A DNA stretch of 26,847 nt. Origin: Candidatus Undinarchaeales archaeon (GTDB lineage Archaea; SpSt-1190; JASMDC01). The translations under genes and the position numbers were made by a program. The DNA lies in the NCBI GenBank assembly GCA_030753015.1, contig JASMDC010000047.1, positions 1 through 26,847 of the forward strand, in the 5' to 3' direction. The notes beneath the pieces were generated by a model. It saw only the letters and a program-made list of their open reading frames with translations. It had not been told where the DNA came from and searched no databases. Positions within the stretch are counted from its first letter, which is position 1. Every line of letters starts with the position of its first letter. Below, one piece after another: positions 1 to 8,019 of this stretch.

Positions 1-1
1 C

Positions 2-181
2 AAGAAGGTCGCCCCCAAGAAGGCCCCTCCCAAGAAGGTCGCCCCCAAGAAGGCCCCTCCCAAGAAGGCCCCTTCCAAGAAGGTCGCCCCCAAGAAGACC
101 GCCCCCAAGAAGGTCGCTCCCAAGAAGGTCGCTCCCAAGAAGGCCGTTCCCAAGAAGGCCGTTCCCAAGAAGGCCGTGGTA
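2..181 (+). repeat. 15-bp coding tandem repeat, about 12 copies encoding KKxxP pentapeptides
   Basis: aag aag nnn nnn ccc units: KKVAP KKAPP KKVAP KKAPP KKAPS KKVAP KKTAP KKVAP KKVAP KKAVP KKAVP KKAVV. The array runs off the window start. Confidence 0.95.
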
Positions 182-2290
182 GGGGGTGCCCTTGAGCGGA
201 TCCTTGCAAAGTCCGAGGCCGCAGCCGATGCTTCAAGCGTAGAGGTCCGTGCATCTATGGATTCGTCCCTTGAGGACTCCTTCAACCTACTCGAGCGGCG
301 AGTTGAGGCCGCTTCGATGCTTACCAACGATTTGCAATCACGAGAAGAACCTTGGAAGCTCGCGACCTTCGCGCTCGGTGCCATCCTCATCCTTATCGCA
401 TTTGCTATTGCTACAGGGAACCTCATAGGGGGTGGTCCCTCGTCCTCATCGCCCTTCACACAAGAGGACATTGCTGCTTTTACGACCTTTATGCGAAGCA
501 AGGGAGTTCCTGATGCAGATATCGCTCAAGAGCTCACACTCGTGGGTGTAAGCGCGTCGCTCCCACGCTCCACAACCATAGCTGTGCCGAGGGCCACGGT
601 CAAATCTACAAGCCCCACGACCTCGCCAACACCTACAACTACGGCCATACCCGTTGACGAGAAGTGCGAAGCTTTCATTGATCCTCCCCGGAACATCGGA
701 GAGGGTTATCAGCTGACACCACGCACGACGAACGAAGCGTTCTGCTGTGGTGAGGGTCGCGTCCACATCCTTCAGTTCACCTCACCATCGTGCCCATATT
801 GTGATGCGCAGGAGCCTGTCCTCAAGGAGCTCGAGCGTGAGTTGGAAGGTAGGTTGATCCTAGAGACCCTGTGCGTACCCTCTGTTGAGGGTGATCGTGA
901 GCTCTGCGAGCAGCGAGCTGGCAGCAAGGACGCCGTGACTGCGGCTGAACGTCTCAAGACGAAGTACGAGCTCACGGGTACGCCAACCCTCATCATCAAC
1001 TGCAAGTACAAGCGCTCCGGCACCCTCGCTCTGAGCAAGGGCACCGAGATGGAGAAGGAAGAGATTAAGCGTTTGGTTTGCGCTCTGCTCAAGGACAAAC
1101 CAGCAGCATGCACACCCAAGGATGTTCTTCCTGCGCCACCGGTAGAGATTCACGACATGGGCGGACAGTGGTGCGATCCGGCTGGTAAGTTGTCCATCAT
1201 GGCTTTCTATGATTACAAGTGTCCTTACTCGGAGCGTGCACATGCCACGCTCAAGGAGGTTCTTCCTGCCTTCGGGGACTCTATATCGATCGTGTATAGG
1301 AACTTCCCGCTACCCTTCCATACCGGAGCGGAGAAGATCGCCGCGGCCGCGGCCTGTGTTGCCGACCAGGGGCGGTCCGAGGCCTTCGCTGAATGCGCCT
1401 TCAAGGGATACTTCACCGACAATAAGGACACGGCTGCCGATGACACACTGGAGGCCTGTGCAGTCGAAGCGGGCGTTGACATCGATACCTACGCTATGTG
1501 CCTTGAGACCGGACGGGGCAAGTCCGTTGTCGAGGATGATATGAAGGCCGCAGCGGGCTACGGTATCCTCGGAACTCCGTCGCTTGTCATGGGCTGCACT
1601 CATCGTTTCTCCGGCGCCTATCCCGCCGAGTACTTCACCGTTGTGCTATGCCATCTCCTAGGTGATCAAGGTAAGGCTCTGGAACCGTGTATGAAGGTTT
1701 CCACCAAGAACATCGTTGAGAAGGATGTGTTAGGTCCCTACGAACTCCTGCCTGGACGGGACTCGTGCCACGAGCAGGGCAAGATCAAGCTCGAGATGTA
1801 CATCGACTTCATGTGCCCCTATAGCAACCAGGCGTTCGGTACGCTCCAAGCGCTCCGAAAGGAGATGCCGACGATCATCGAGCTCAACTTACGTACGTTC
1901 CCCTTGCCTTTCCATACGAATGCCGAAGTTATTGCTCAGGCAGCGGTCTGCTCCATCCGCCAGGGAGTTGATACTGAGTTCGCTCAGAGCGCGTTCGATG
2001 CGTACTTCAAGGAAAACATGGACACAACCGATCCCAGCGTGCTCAACGATATAGTCAGTGACCTGGGACTCGACATGGGCGAGTACTCCTCGTGTGTGGG
2101 TGATGCTACCATCGGAGATGTCATCCAGGCCGAGGTCGACCTCGCCAAGGAGCTCGCGATCACAGGAACACCAGCATTCATCGTCGACTGCGACAAGAAG
2201 TTGGTGGGCGCCCTACCGAGGGAGATGTTCCTCGACGCCTTCTGTCTGCTGTTCGAGGAGAGCGAGCGTCCTGAGCTCTGCACGGCCTGA
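2..2290 (+). CDS. Membrane-anchored triple thioredoxin/DsbA-fold protein with Lys-rich N-terminal repeats (5' truncated)
   Basis: Frame is open from position 2 (KKVAPKKAPP...) into the listed 176..2290 ORF. One TM helix (WKLATFALGAILILIAFAIATG), a Thr/Pro linker, then three Trx-fold domains with CPYC (791-802), CPYS (1220-1231) and CPYS (1814-1825), each followed by a GTP cis-Pro loop. Domains 2 and 3 have DsbA-type FPLPFH motifs. Confidence 0.88.
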   Translation, partial: KKVAPKKAPPKKVAPKKAPPKKAPSKKVAPKKTAPKKVAPKKVAPKKAVPKKAVPKKAVVGGALERILAKSEAAADASSVEVRASMDSSLEDSFNLLERRVEAASMLTNDLQSREEPWKLATFALGAILILIAFAIATGNLIGGGPSSSSPFTQEDIAAFTTFMRSKGVPDADIAQELTLVGVSASLPRSTTIAVPRATVKSTSPTTSPTPTTTAIPVDEKCEAFIDPPRNIGEGYQLTPRTTNEAFCCGEGRVHILQFTSPSCPYCDAQEPVLKELERELEGRLILETLCVPSVEGDRELCEQRAGSKDAVTAAERLKTKYELTGTPTLIINCKYKRSGTLALSKGTEMEKEEIKRLVCALLKDKPAACTPKDVLPAPPVEIHDMGGQWCDPAGKLSIMAFYDYKCPYSERAHATLKEVLPAFGDSISIVYRNFPLPFHTGAEKIAAAAACVADQGRSEAFAECAFKGYFTDNKDTAADDTLEACAVEAGVDIDTYAMCLETGRGKSVVEDDMKAAAGYGILGTPSLVMGCTHRFSGAYPAEYFTVVLCHLLGDQGKALEPCMKVSTKNIVEKDVLGPYELLPGRDSCHEQGKIKLEMYIDFMCPYSNQAFGTLQALRKEMPTIIELNLRTFPLPFHTNAEVIAQAAVCSIRQGVDTEFAQSAFDAYFKENMDTTDPSVLNDIVSDLGLDMGEYSSCVGDATIGDVIQAEVDLAKELAITGTPAFIVDCDKKLVGALPREMFLDAFCLLFEESERPELCTA

Positions 2291-2294
2291 GACG

Positions 2295-2957
2295 TCAGGC
2301 CCGCTTGAGTTCGCAGGCACGCAGTTCGAGGTCGCCCCTACGGATGCGGAGGATCCCTTCCACAACGAGGCGCTCACCTTCCACGGGGTTCTCGTCTATC
2401 GCGAAGACGCGAACCGTTCGGCCTGTATCGTCCACGAGATCGAAGGAAGCATAGGGTTTGTCCCAGCGTGTCGTACCCGTAACGACATTACGTATTATAC
2501 CGGTGAGGCTGAGAGCGGAGCCATCTCGAGAAAGAGCGTCTAAGGCCCGGTCGGTCAGGACGGCGATTGGCTCAACGGCAACAGTGGTACCCTTATCATC
2601 ACCAAGGAGCACGACGGTCTTTCCCTTCCACAGGGCCTCCAACCGGTCCGCCATGAGAACAAGTGATCCCGGGCACCGTGTATCTGCCAAGAGGCGTCCG
2701 GTGACCCGCACGGCGTCATCGGGTTTTATCGCGCAACCTTCGAGGACAAGGGCGCGTAGGCCTCCAGTAGCGTCAGTGAGCTCGACCGATTGGAATAGAG
2801 CGCCCTTTCTGCTCACGCCGCCGGTCACCGTCATCACCGTCCCATCAACGCACACTATGGCACCGATGGGCCCCTTGGCGTCATCGACCATACATGGTAT
2901 GAACGGGCCTTTTACCTTGCGTGTCCTGCCCATCGAATGCGTCCTCGTGTCCTTCAT
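2295..2957 (-). CDS. Tandem OB-fold nucleic-acid-binding protein
   Basis: Two similar halves: VCVDGTV..SRKGALFQSVELTDATGGLRALV..VRVTGRL and LSLTGII..TRWDKPYASFDLVDDTGRTVRVF..LVVEGIL. The LxDxTG pattern is typical of RPA/tRNA-anticodon-type OB folds. Start codon uncertain. Confidence 0.72.
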   Translation of the reverse strand: MKDTRTHSMGRTRKVKGPFIPCMVDDAKGPIGAIVCVDGTVMTVTGGVSRKGALFQSVELTDATGGLRALVLEGCAIKPDDAVRVTGRLLADTRCPGSLVLMADRLEALWKGKTVVLLGDDKGTTVAVEPIAVLTDRALDALSRDGSALSLTGIIRNVVTGTTRWDKPYASFDLVDDTGRTVRVFAIDENPVEGERLVVEGILRIRRGDLELRACELKRA

Positions 2958-2972
2958 CAGGGAGGAGTATCA

Positions 2973-2980
2973 TTATAAAT
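2973..2980. promoter_or_regulatory. Candidate TATA box between divergent genes
   Basis: TTATAAAT in the 52-bp gap between the divergent starts at 2957 and 3010; reads TATA-like on both strands. Confidence 0.5.
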
Positions 2981-3009
2981 CATGTCCGCGCATTATCCGA
3001 TAGAGGTAC

Positions 3010-5094
3010 ATGAAGAATTCATTACTCCCAGCGCTCTTCATGGTGTTGCTGCTAGGATCTGCAGACATAATCGTCGATGCCAACTGGGACACACTGGGTG
3101 GTGGTAAGGCGTGGCCAGGCATGACCTCGTTCTTCAAGGTGACTATCAAGAACACGAACCGTGACGAGACACCTCAGGTCAAGGTCCTCATCACGGTCGA
3201 GGACAAGAGCCTCCACCTGTCCGGTCCACTGGACTGGCAGAATCTCCTCTTGAACAGGGCCGAATACACGGTACCCTTCCACCACGGTGCCGAGGTCAAC
3301 ATCGAGAAGAAGACAGAAGCAGTCGAGCTCGTGTACAACGAGGACGAGGTGTACTACTTTGGTATCGAGGCCGATGAGCAGGCCGATCCCCAGACCTACA
3401 AGGTCAAGATCGCCGTTCAGGTGAAGAATCCTGATGGTACGTTATCCATCCCAACATACAAGACCGCTCAGAAGGAGCTTCGGCTCCAAGTGGAGGAGAC
3501 AATCCGGATGACATTCCCGTCCATCGATCTCATCGTCGGGGGAGAGATGAAGTCCGTGAAGATCAGGCTCAACAACCAGGGCAAGGTCCTAGAGAAGCTC
3601 ACGGGTGTCTCCACCACGTTCGAGGTAGTTACTCCTGAATGCGAGGGGAAGATCCTCTTCTGCGACTTCAACGACCGACAGTGCAAGGACAGTGAGTGGG
3701 TGTACAAGCCCAAACGGAAGTCCATCGACGGTTCCATCGAGCAGGACGCTAACATCGAGTACCGTATGCGGGTGGACGACCGTTTCTTCTGTGATGACGA
3801 GGAGATCTGCGGGCAGTGTCAGGTGAGGATGAACGTGACGTTCACCACTGACAAGACCGACTTGCTCCTGAAGAGGAGCTACTCGTCCCTCATCACCGAC
3901 GACAACATGCGTTCTATCAATATCCGGGCAGGCGAGAAACCCAAGACATCTATCAAGATTTCCAGGTTCAGCGAAGTGAAGGGCGAGTACTATTATGAAG
4001 GCCGTATCGACGAGGTCATCGAGGTCCCGATACTGATCAAGAACATCGGCAAGGTGTACGGGCACAAATGCCGGGTACTGTGGGACATAAAACGCCTGGG
4101 TGATCAAGCGGCAGGCGACCTCTTCGAGTTCCAATCGCCCGCCAAAGCGACAGCTGACGGTTCCGACCTGAAGAGCGATGCGGTCGTCATCGAGGAGCTC
4201 AAGCCCAGTGATGAGAAGGAGATCACCTACAAGATCAAGGTAAAGTACGAAAAGGCCGAGCCTGGGCCTTGGCCCATCCTCATGGACGTGTTCTGCCAGG
4301 ATGCCTTCGCCAAAGACGCCAAGGCGCAGAAGGAGGGAGATTGGTCCCGATTCTACTTCAATGTGACCTTCCCGCCGCTTCCAGAGGTCGACCTCATGGT
4401 GGAGACTATCACCACGGAGGTCACGGAGGGGGAGAGCATATCGGTTGACCTCATCGCTTCGAACAGCGGAGAGTATCCTGCCACGAACTGCACCATCTCA
4501 GCGACATGGTCGGGAGAGGGTACGGTGACAGGAGAGCGCTCGATCAAGTTGAAAAAACCCCTGGAGAAAGGCAAGGATTTTACCAAGAGCGTCGAGTACA
4601 AGGTCTCGATACCGGACAGCGCAAAGGATGAATGGAACACCCCGGACGACGATCCGAAGGAGGACCCGCGCATAAACCGACAATCGGTCAGCGCCACAGG
4701 GAAGTTCAACCTCAAATGCAATGATAAGTTCGGTAAGACCGAGGTACGTGGATCGAACTCCTTGAGCAGTAATATCCGCGAACCCGAGGACGAGTTCACG
4801 AAGAGGAAGACGACTACAGAGGACGCTGCGAAGATGAAGATGTATATCCTCGCCGGAGTGGTCGTCGTCGTCGTCATCATTATCGCCGTGGTCATGCTCC
4901 AGCGGCAAAAGAAGCAGAGGTTGCGAGATGCTGGTGGGGGGGGTGCGCCCGGTGCAGCGGCAGGTGCCGCGGCCGGAGGTGCAGGGGCCGCAGCCATGCA
5001 ACAGCAGTACGGATCGTACTACGGGAACCGATATGGTGGAAGCCAGTACTACGGCCAACAGGGCTACCAACAGTACGGCTACCAGCAGCAGTGA
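3010..5094 (+). CDS. Cell-surface protein (Ig-like/CARDB/COG1361-like domains) with C-terminal TM anchor and Q/Y/G-rich tail
   Basis: N-terminal signal peptide (MKNSLLPALFMVLLLGSA); repeated VxIxNxG beta-sandwich motifs (VTIKNT, IRLNNQG, ILIKNIG, LIASNSG); TM helix YILAGVVVVVVIIIAVVML followed by QRQKKQR; GAGGT RBS upstream. Confidence 0.75.
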   Translation: MKNSLLPALFMVLLLGSADIIVDANWDTLGGGKAWPGMTSFFKVTIKNTNRDETPQVKVLITVEDKSLHLSGPLDWQNLLLNRAEYTVPFHHGAEVNIEKKTEAVELVYNEDEVYYFGIEADEQADPQTYKVKIAVQVKNPDGTLSIPTYKTAQKELRLQVEETIRMTFPSIDLIVGGEMKSVKIRLNNQGKVLEKLTGVSTTFEVVTPECEGKILFCDFNDRQCKDSEWVYKPKRKSIDGSIEQDANIEYRMRVDDRFFCDDEEICGQCQVRMNVTFTTDKTDLLLKRSYSSLITDDNMRSINIRAGEKPKTSIKISRFSEVKGEYYYEGRIDEVIEVPILIKNIGKVYGHKCRVLWDIKRLGDQAAGDLFEFQSPAKATADGSDLKSDAVVIEELKPSDEKEITYKIKVKYEKAEPGPWPILMDVFCQDAFAKDAKAQKEGDWSRFYFNVTFPPLPEVDLMVETITTEVTEGESISVDLIASNSGEYPATNCTISATWSGEGTVTGERSIKLKKPLEKGKDFTKSVEYKVSIPDSAKDEWNTPDDDPKEDPRINRQSVSATGKFNLKCNDKFGKTEVRGSNSLSSNIREPEDEFTKRKTTTEDAAKMKMYILAGVVVVVVIIIAVVMLQRQKKQRLRDAGGGGAPGAAAGAAAGGAGAAAMQQQYGSYYGNRYGGSQYYGQQGYQQYGYQQQ

Positions 5095-5139
5095 GCGGAC
5101 TCCACCCGCGACGTCAAGCTTTTATTCCTTGAGCGGGAA

Positions 5140-5484
5140 ATGATTCTTGTGGTAAAGTCCGCCGATCCGGTGGCTCATCTGATCGATACCTATTCCCATG
5201 AGCTCGATGTACAGCTCGAAGGAATGCAGGACGAGCTTAGGGCCCTCAATGCCGAGGTGCGTGATATCCGGGGCCATGCCATCCAAGAGCTCGAACAGCT
5301 ACGTGTCCAGGCGATGCAGGAGCTCAAGGAGATCCTCTCGATCGAGCAGTCGCTCCAGACCATGCCACGCTTCTTCGAGGGCCACATCGCTCAGATCCAC
5401 GGTCAGATGAGAGTTCTGGGCCAGCGGCTCGACGGCCTCGAAGCCTACCGCGAGGTAAAGGACAACCAGGGCTGGTTCTTCTAG
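5140..5484 (+). CDS. Hypothetical coiled-coil protein
   Basis: 114-aa ORF with heptad L/I/M spacing, rich in E and Q; fills the gap between neighbours; its TAG overlaps the convergent gene's TAG in CTAG 5481-5484. Confidence 0.7.
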   Translation: MILVVKSADPVAHLIDTYSHELDVQLEGMQDELRALNAEVRDIRGHAIQELEQLRVQAMQELKEILSIEQSLQTMPRFFEGHIAQIHGQMRVLGQRLDGLEAYREVKDNQGWFF

Positions 5485-6362
5485 AGCCCTATCACGGGCC
5501 CGAGTTCGATGATAGATACCTCGGGTCTGCAGTTGAACCGAACCGGGAGGAGCGACGTACCGATCCCACGGGTCACATAGAGCGGAGGGTCACCCGGATA
5601 GAGCCCTGTGTAATAGGGACCGCATCCCTCGGGGAGCCAGATGGGTCCAATGAACGGGAAGTTCACCTGTCCTCCATGAGAATGGCCTGCAAGCACGATG
5701 TCCACGTTGTTTCCTAGTGGAAGGCGATCACGGGCCAACGGCTCATGGCAGACCATCACCGATGTCCCCGATGTGGGTGATGAGGCGAGCGTTCCTGCTA
5801 TGTCGCCTGCGCCCCAGAAGAGGTCGTCGATGCCGTATACCGTGACGGGATGGCCGTCGACCTCGATGCTCCAGGACTCGTTCGCAAGGAGCCGAGCACC
5901 CTGGTCGGAGAACGTCCGCGCAAGGGAAGGACTGCAATTACCGGTCCAGTACTCCCAGTTCCCGTGGACACCGACTACTGCAGGGACGTTACGCAGTTCT
6001 TCCAGCACTGGGACGAGAAGGTCCGTCCTCCCGGCCACCTCCAGATGGTCACCTGCAAGAACAGCGATGTCGGGTCGCTGTTCGTCAACGATTCTCGCTG
6101 CCCTGACGGCCTTCTCTACGTCGTCGTTGATGTGAAGGTCAGCGATAAGAGCAAGGCGGATCCCTTTGTGGTCCGAAGGGATGCTCGGAGTGGCGACTTT
6201 AGTGTTAGTGACCTCAAGCCAGCCCGGCTCAAGAAGGGCGTCAAGACCGAGTGAGGCCGCGACAGCGGAGGCAGCGGCAAGACCAAAGAAATCACGTCGG
6301 TTGACGATGAAATCTTGTCCCGAGGCCTGTGGAGCGCGCTCCGGCACCCCGTTCTCCTTCAT
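5481..6362 (-). CDS. Tat-exported metallophosphoesterase (YkuE/YaeI-like, calcineurin-like superfamily)
   Basis: Motifs ADLH, AGDH, HGNWE, CHEP, GHSHGGQ, YVTRGIG, RFNCRPE; twin-arginine NRRDFF plus hydrophobic segment. ATG at 6362 chosen because TTTAAG lies about 25 nt upstream. Confidence 0.9.
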   Translation of the reverse strand: MKENGVPERAPQASGQDFIVNRRDFFGLAAASAVAASLGLDALLEPGWLEVTNTKVATPSIPSDHKGIRLALIADLHINDDVEKAVRAARIVDEQRPDIAVLAGDHLEVAGRTDLLVPVLEELRNVPAVVGVHGNWEYWTGNCSPSLARTFSDQGARLLANESWSIEVDGHPVTVYGIDDLFWGAGDIAGTLASSPTSGTSVMVCHEPLARDRLPLGNNVDIVLAGHSHGGQVNFPFIGPIWLPEGCGPYYTGLYPGDPPLYVTRGIGTSLLPVRFNCRPEVSIIELGPVIGL

Positions 6363-6425
6363 GGTCGAACGAGGCAATGGCAGGCTTAAACGTGTTTCGC
6401 AACGGAAGTGATCGGACCGGGATCG

Positions 6426-7922
6426 TCAGGCATCTGCGCCGGAGTGTCGCTCCTTCAACCGCTTGAGGGGTTCGTAGAGGTCCATGGGCACGGTCGTCTC
6501 ATCGACATCGAGCCCGAGCTTTCGCGGAGCGAGGATGAAAGGCCGGGTCTGTGGCCCGCCCAGGCCACCGTGGAGGGACACCATCGAATAGACATCGTTG
6601 AAGTCGATGATGCGGTCGCCAGCGTAAGTACTAACGAGAACGAGGTCGCCGGTCTCATCGATCGTCGAGTAGTCACGAAGTATCTCAGCAAGGAAAGCAG
6701 TGTCACCATAGGGAGCGAGAGGGTCGTCACCCTCGACCGTCAGACCGTCCTGTGTGATGCTCACAGAGCCCTCCCTACCCTGGACCACGATACCGTCGTC
6801 GGTCCTGCCTACGACGAATCCCATGGACGGGTGCTGGACGAGAGCATCGACGAGCCCAGGATATAGCTCCTTCACGTCCGCGAGACTTGCGGTCCCTGGA
6901 AGCTGGTCAAAGTATACATTGGCCATCGAGTACGCATGGGCTACCTGGATGTCGCCGTCCTTAACATCAGTGGAGGGATCAGCTTCGCGGGCCATGTCGT
7001 AGATTGCCTCTTGGATGGGCTTCCCGAAGATCTCCTTGAACTGCACTGACGGCGTCTGGCCATGGTCGGAGAGTACGACGATGTCGTACTGGAGTCCCTC
7101 TCGCTCGACCTTGTCGACGATCTCGCCTATCTTCTTATCGACAATGCTCAAAGACTCCAGAGCCTCGGTGCACTCTGTACCATAGAAGTGGGCGCGCTCA
7201 TCATAAGATGTGTAATCGACATAAGCAACGGGAAGGCCCTGCTCCATCGCCTCCTTCACACCCTCGGTGGCCACAGTAGGGAACACGTTGTCCGCCATGG
7301 TGATGAGGTAAGGATAGTGCTGGTCCCACCAGGAGTTCCACTGGTCGTGCTCCTTGAGATAGGAGCGTGAGCTGAAGAAGTCACGAACGAGGTTATAGAG
7401 GGTTCCCGTGATGCTCTCGTCGCTGCGCCATATTAGCTTGATATCGTTCCACGCCTCCTTGGCGAGGGTCCTGAACATCCCCTTCTCGGCCTGCTCTTCC
7501 TTGAGAGTGCTCACGGTGATACCCACCTTTTCGGCCCCTCCACAGATCGGGCTCAAGTAGGTCGCACCGTCATGCATGAGCCCCAGTTCGCCGCGTTCCG
7601 CGGCACGCTCCCGGACCTCGGCCTCGTATGGGATGGAATCGATGTGCTCTCCCCGCGCTTTGCTGTACCAGTCGTTGGCGGGGATACGCTCTCCGTAGAA
7701 TATGTTGTTCAGGACGGGCAGAGTCTCGGCGGGGATGCCAGAGAAGAATGGTGAGAGGTCGTAGTCCTCGCTTTGGGCCAGACGACTGAGGTTGGGTGCG
7801 TACCCCTCTTCCATCGCCCGGGCCAGCGTGTCGTAGGACAGACCATCGATCTGAAGGAGCACGAGACCGCGACCGTCATCCTCCGGCTCGCACTGTACGT
7901 AATGCTCCTCTAAAGCGACCAT
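6426..7922 (-). CDS. Alkaline phosphatase superfamily protein (nucleotide pyrophosphatase/phosphodiesterase-like)
   Basis: LLQIDGL, PAETLP (putative Thr nucleophile), YDERAH, VLSDHG and HGGLGG give a full metal-ligand set. Confidence 0.85.
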   Translation of the reverse strand: MVALEEHYVQCEPEDDGRGLVLLQIDGLSYDTLARAMEEGYAPNLSRLAQSEDYDLSPFFSGIPAETLPVLNNIFYGERIPANDWYSKARGEHIDSIPYEAEVRERAAERGELGLMHDGATYLSPICGGAEKVGITVSTLKEEQAEKGMFRTLAKEAWNDIKLIWRSDESITGTLYNLVRDFFSSRSYLKEHDQWNSWWDQHYPYLITMADNVFPTVATEGVKEAMEQGLPVAYVDYTSYDERAHFYGTECTEALESLSIVDKKIGEIVDKVEREGLQYDIVVLSDHGQTPSVQFKEIFGKPIQEAIYDMAREADPSTDVKDGDIQVAHAYSMANVYFDQLPGTASLADVKELYPGLVDALVQHPSMGFVVGRTDDGIVVQGREGSVSITQDGLTVEGDDPLAPYGDTAFLAEILRDYSTIDETGDLVLVSTYAGDRIIDFNDVYSMVSLHGGLGGPQTRPFILAPRKLGLDVDETTVPMDLYEPLKRLKERHSGADA

Positions 7923-7945
7923 GTCCTCGATCGCGGGGGGACGCC

Positions 7946-7953
7946 TTTATAAA
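7946..7953 (-). promoter_or_regulatory. TATA box for the phosphodiesterase gene
   Basis: Palindromic TTTATAAA about 24-31 nt upstream of ATG 7922, spacing that fits a leaderless transcript. Confidence 0.6.
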
Positions 7954-8019
7954 GACTTTGTTTGGGGTGGACGTTCGATCCGCTTAATAAGACGTCGAAT
8001 GACCGTGGCGTCGACCACT

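Noticed and set aside
2-181. Short repeats as a CRISPR array or non-coding satellite
   Set aside because: Units are contiguous, codon-phased, have no unique spacers and are in frame with the downstream CDS. The same holds for the repeats at 15591-15734 and 18259-18484.
1220-1825. Selenocysteine or recoding at the CxxS sites
   Set aside because: The codons are ordinary Ser (TCG, AGC) and there is no in-frame TGA.
7966-7983. GTTCGATCC as a tRNA T-arm fragment or integration site
   Set aside because: No proper T-stem or cloverleaf around it and no integrase in the window.
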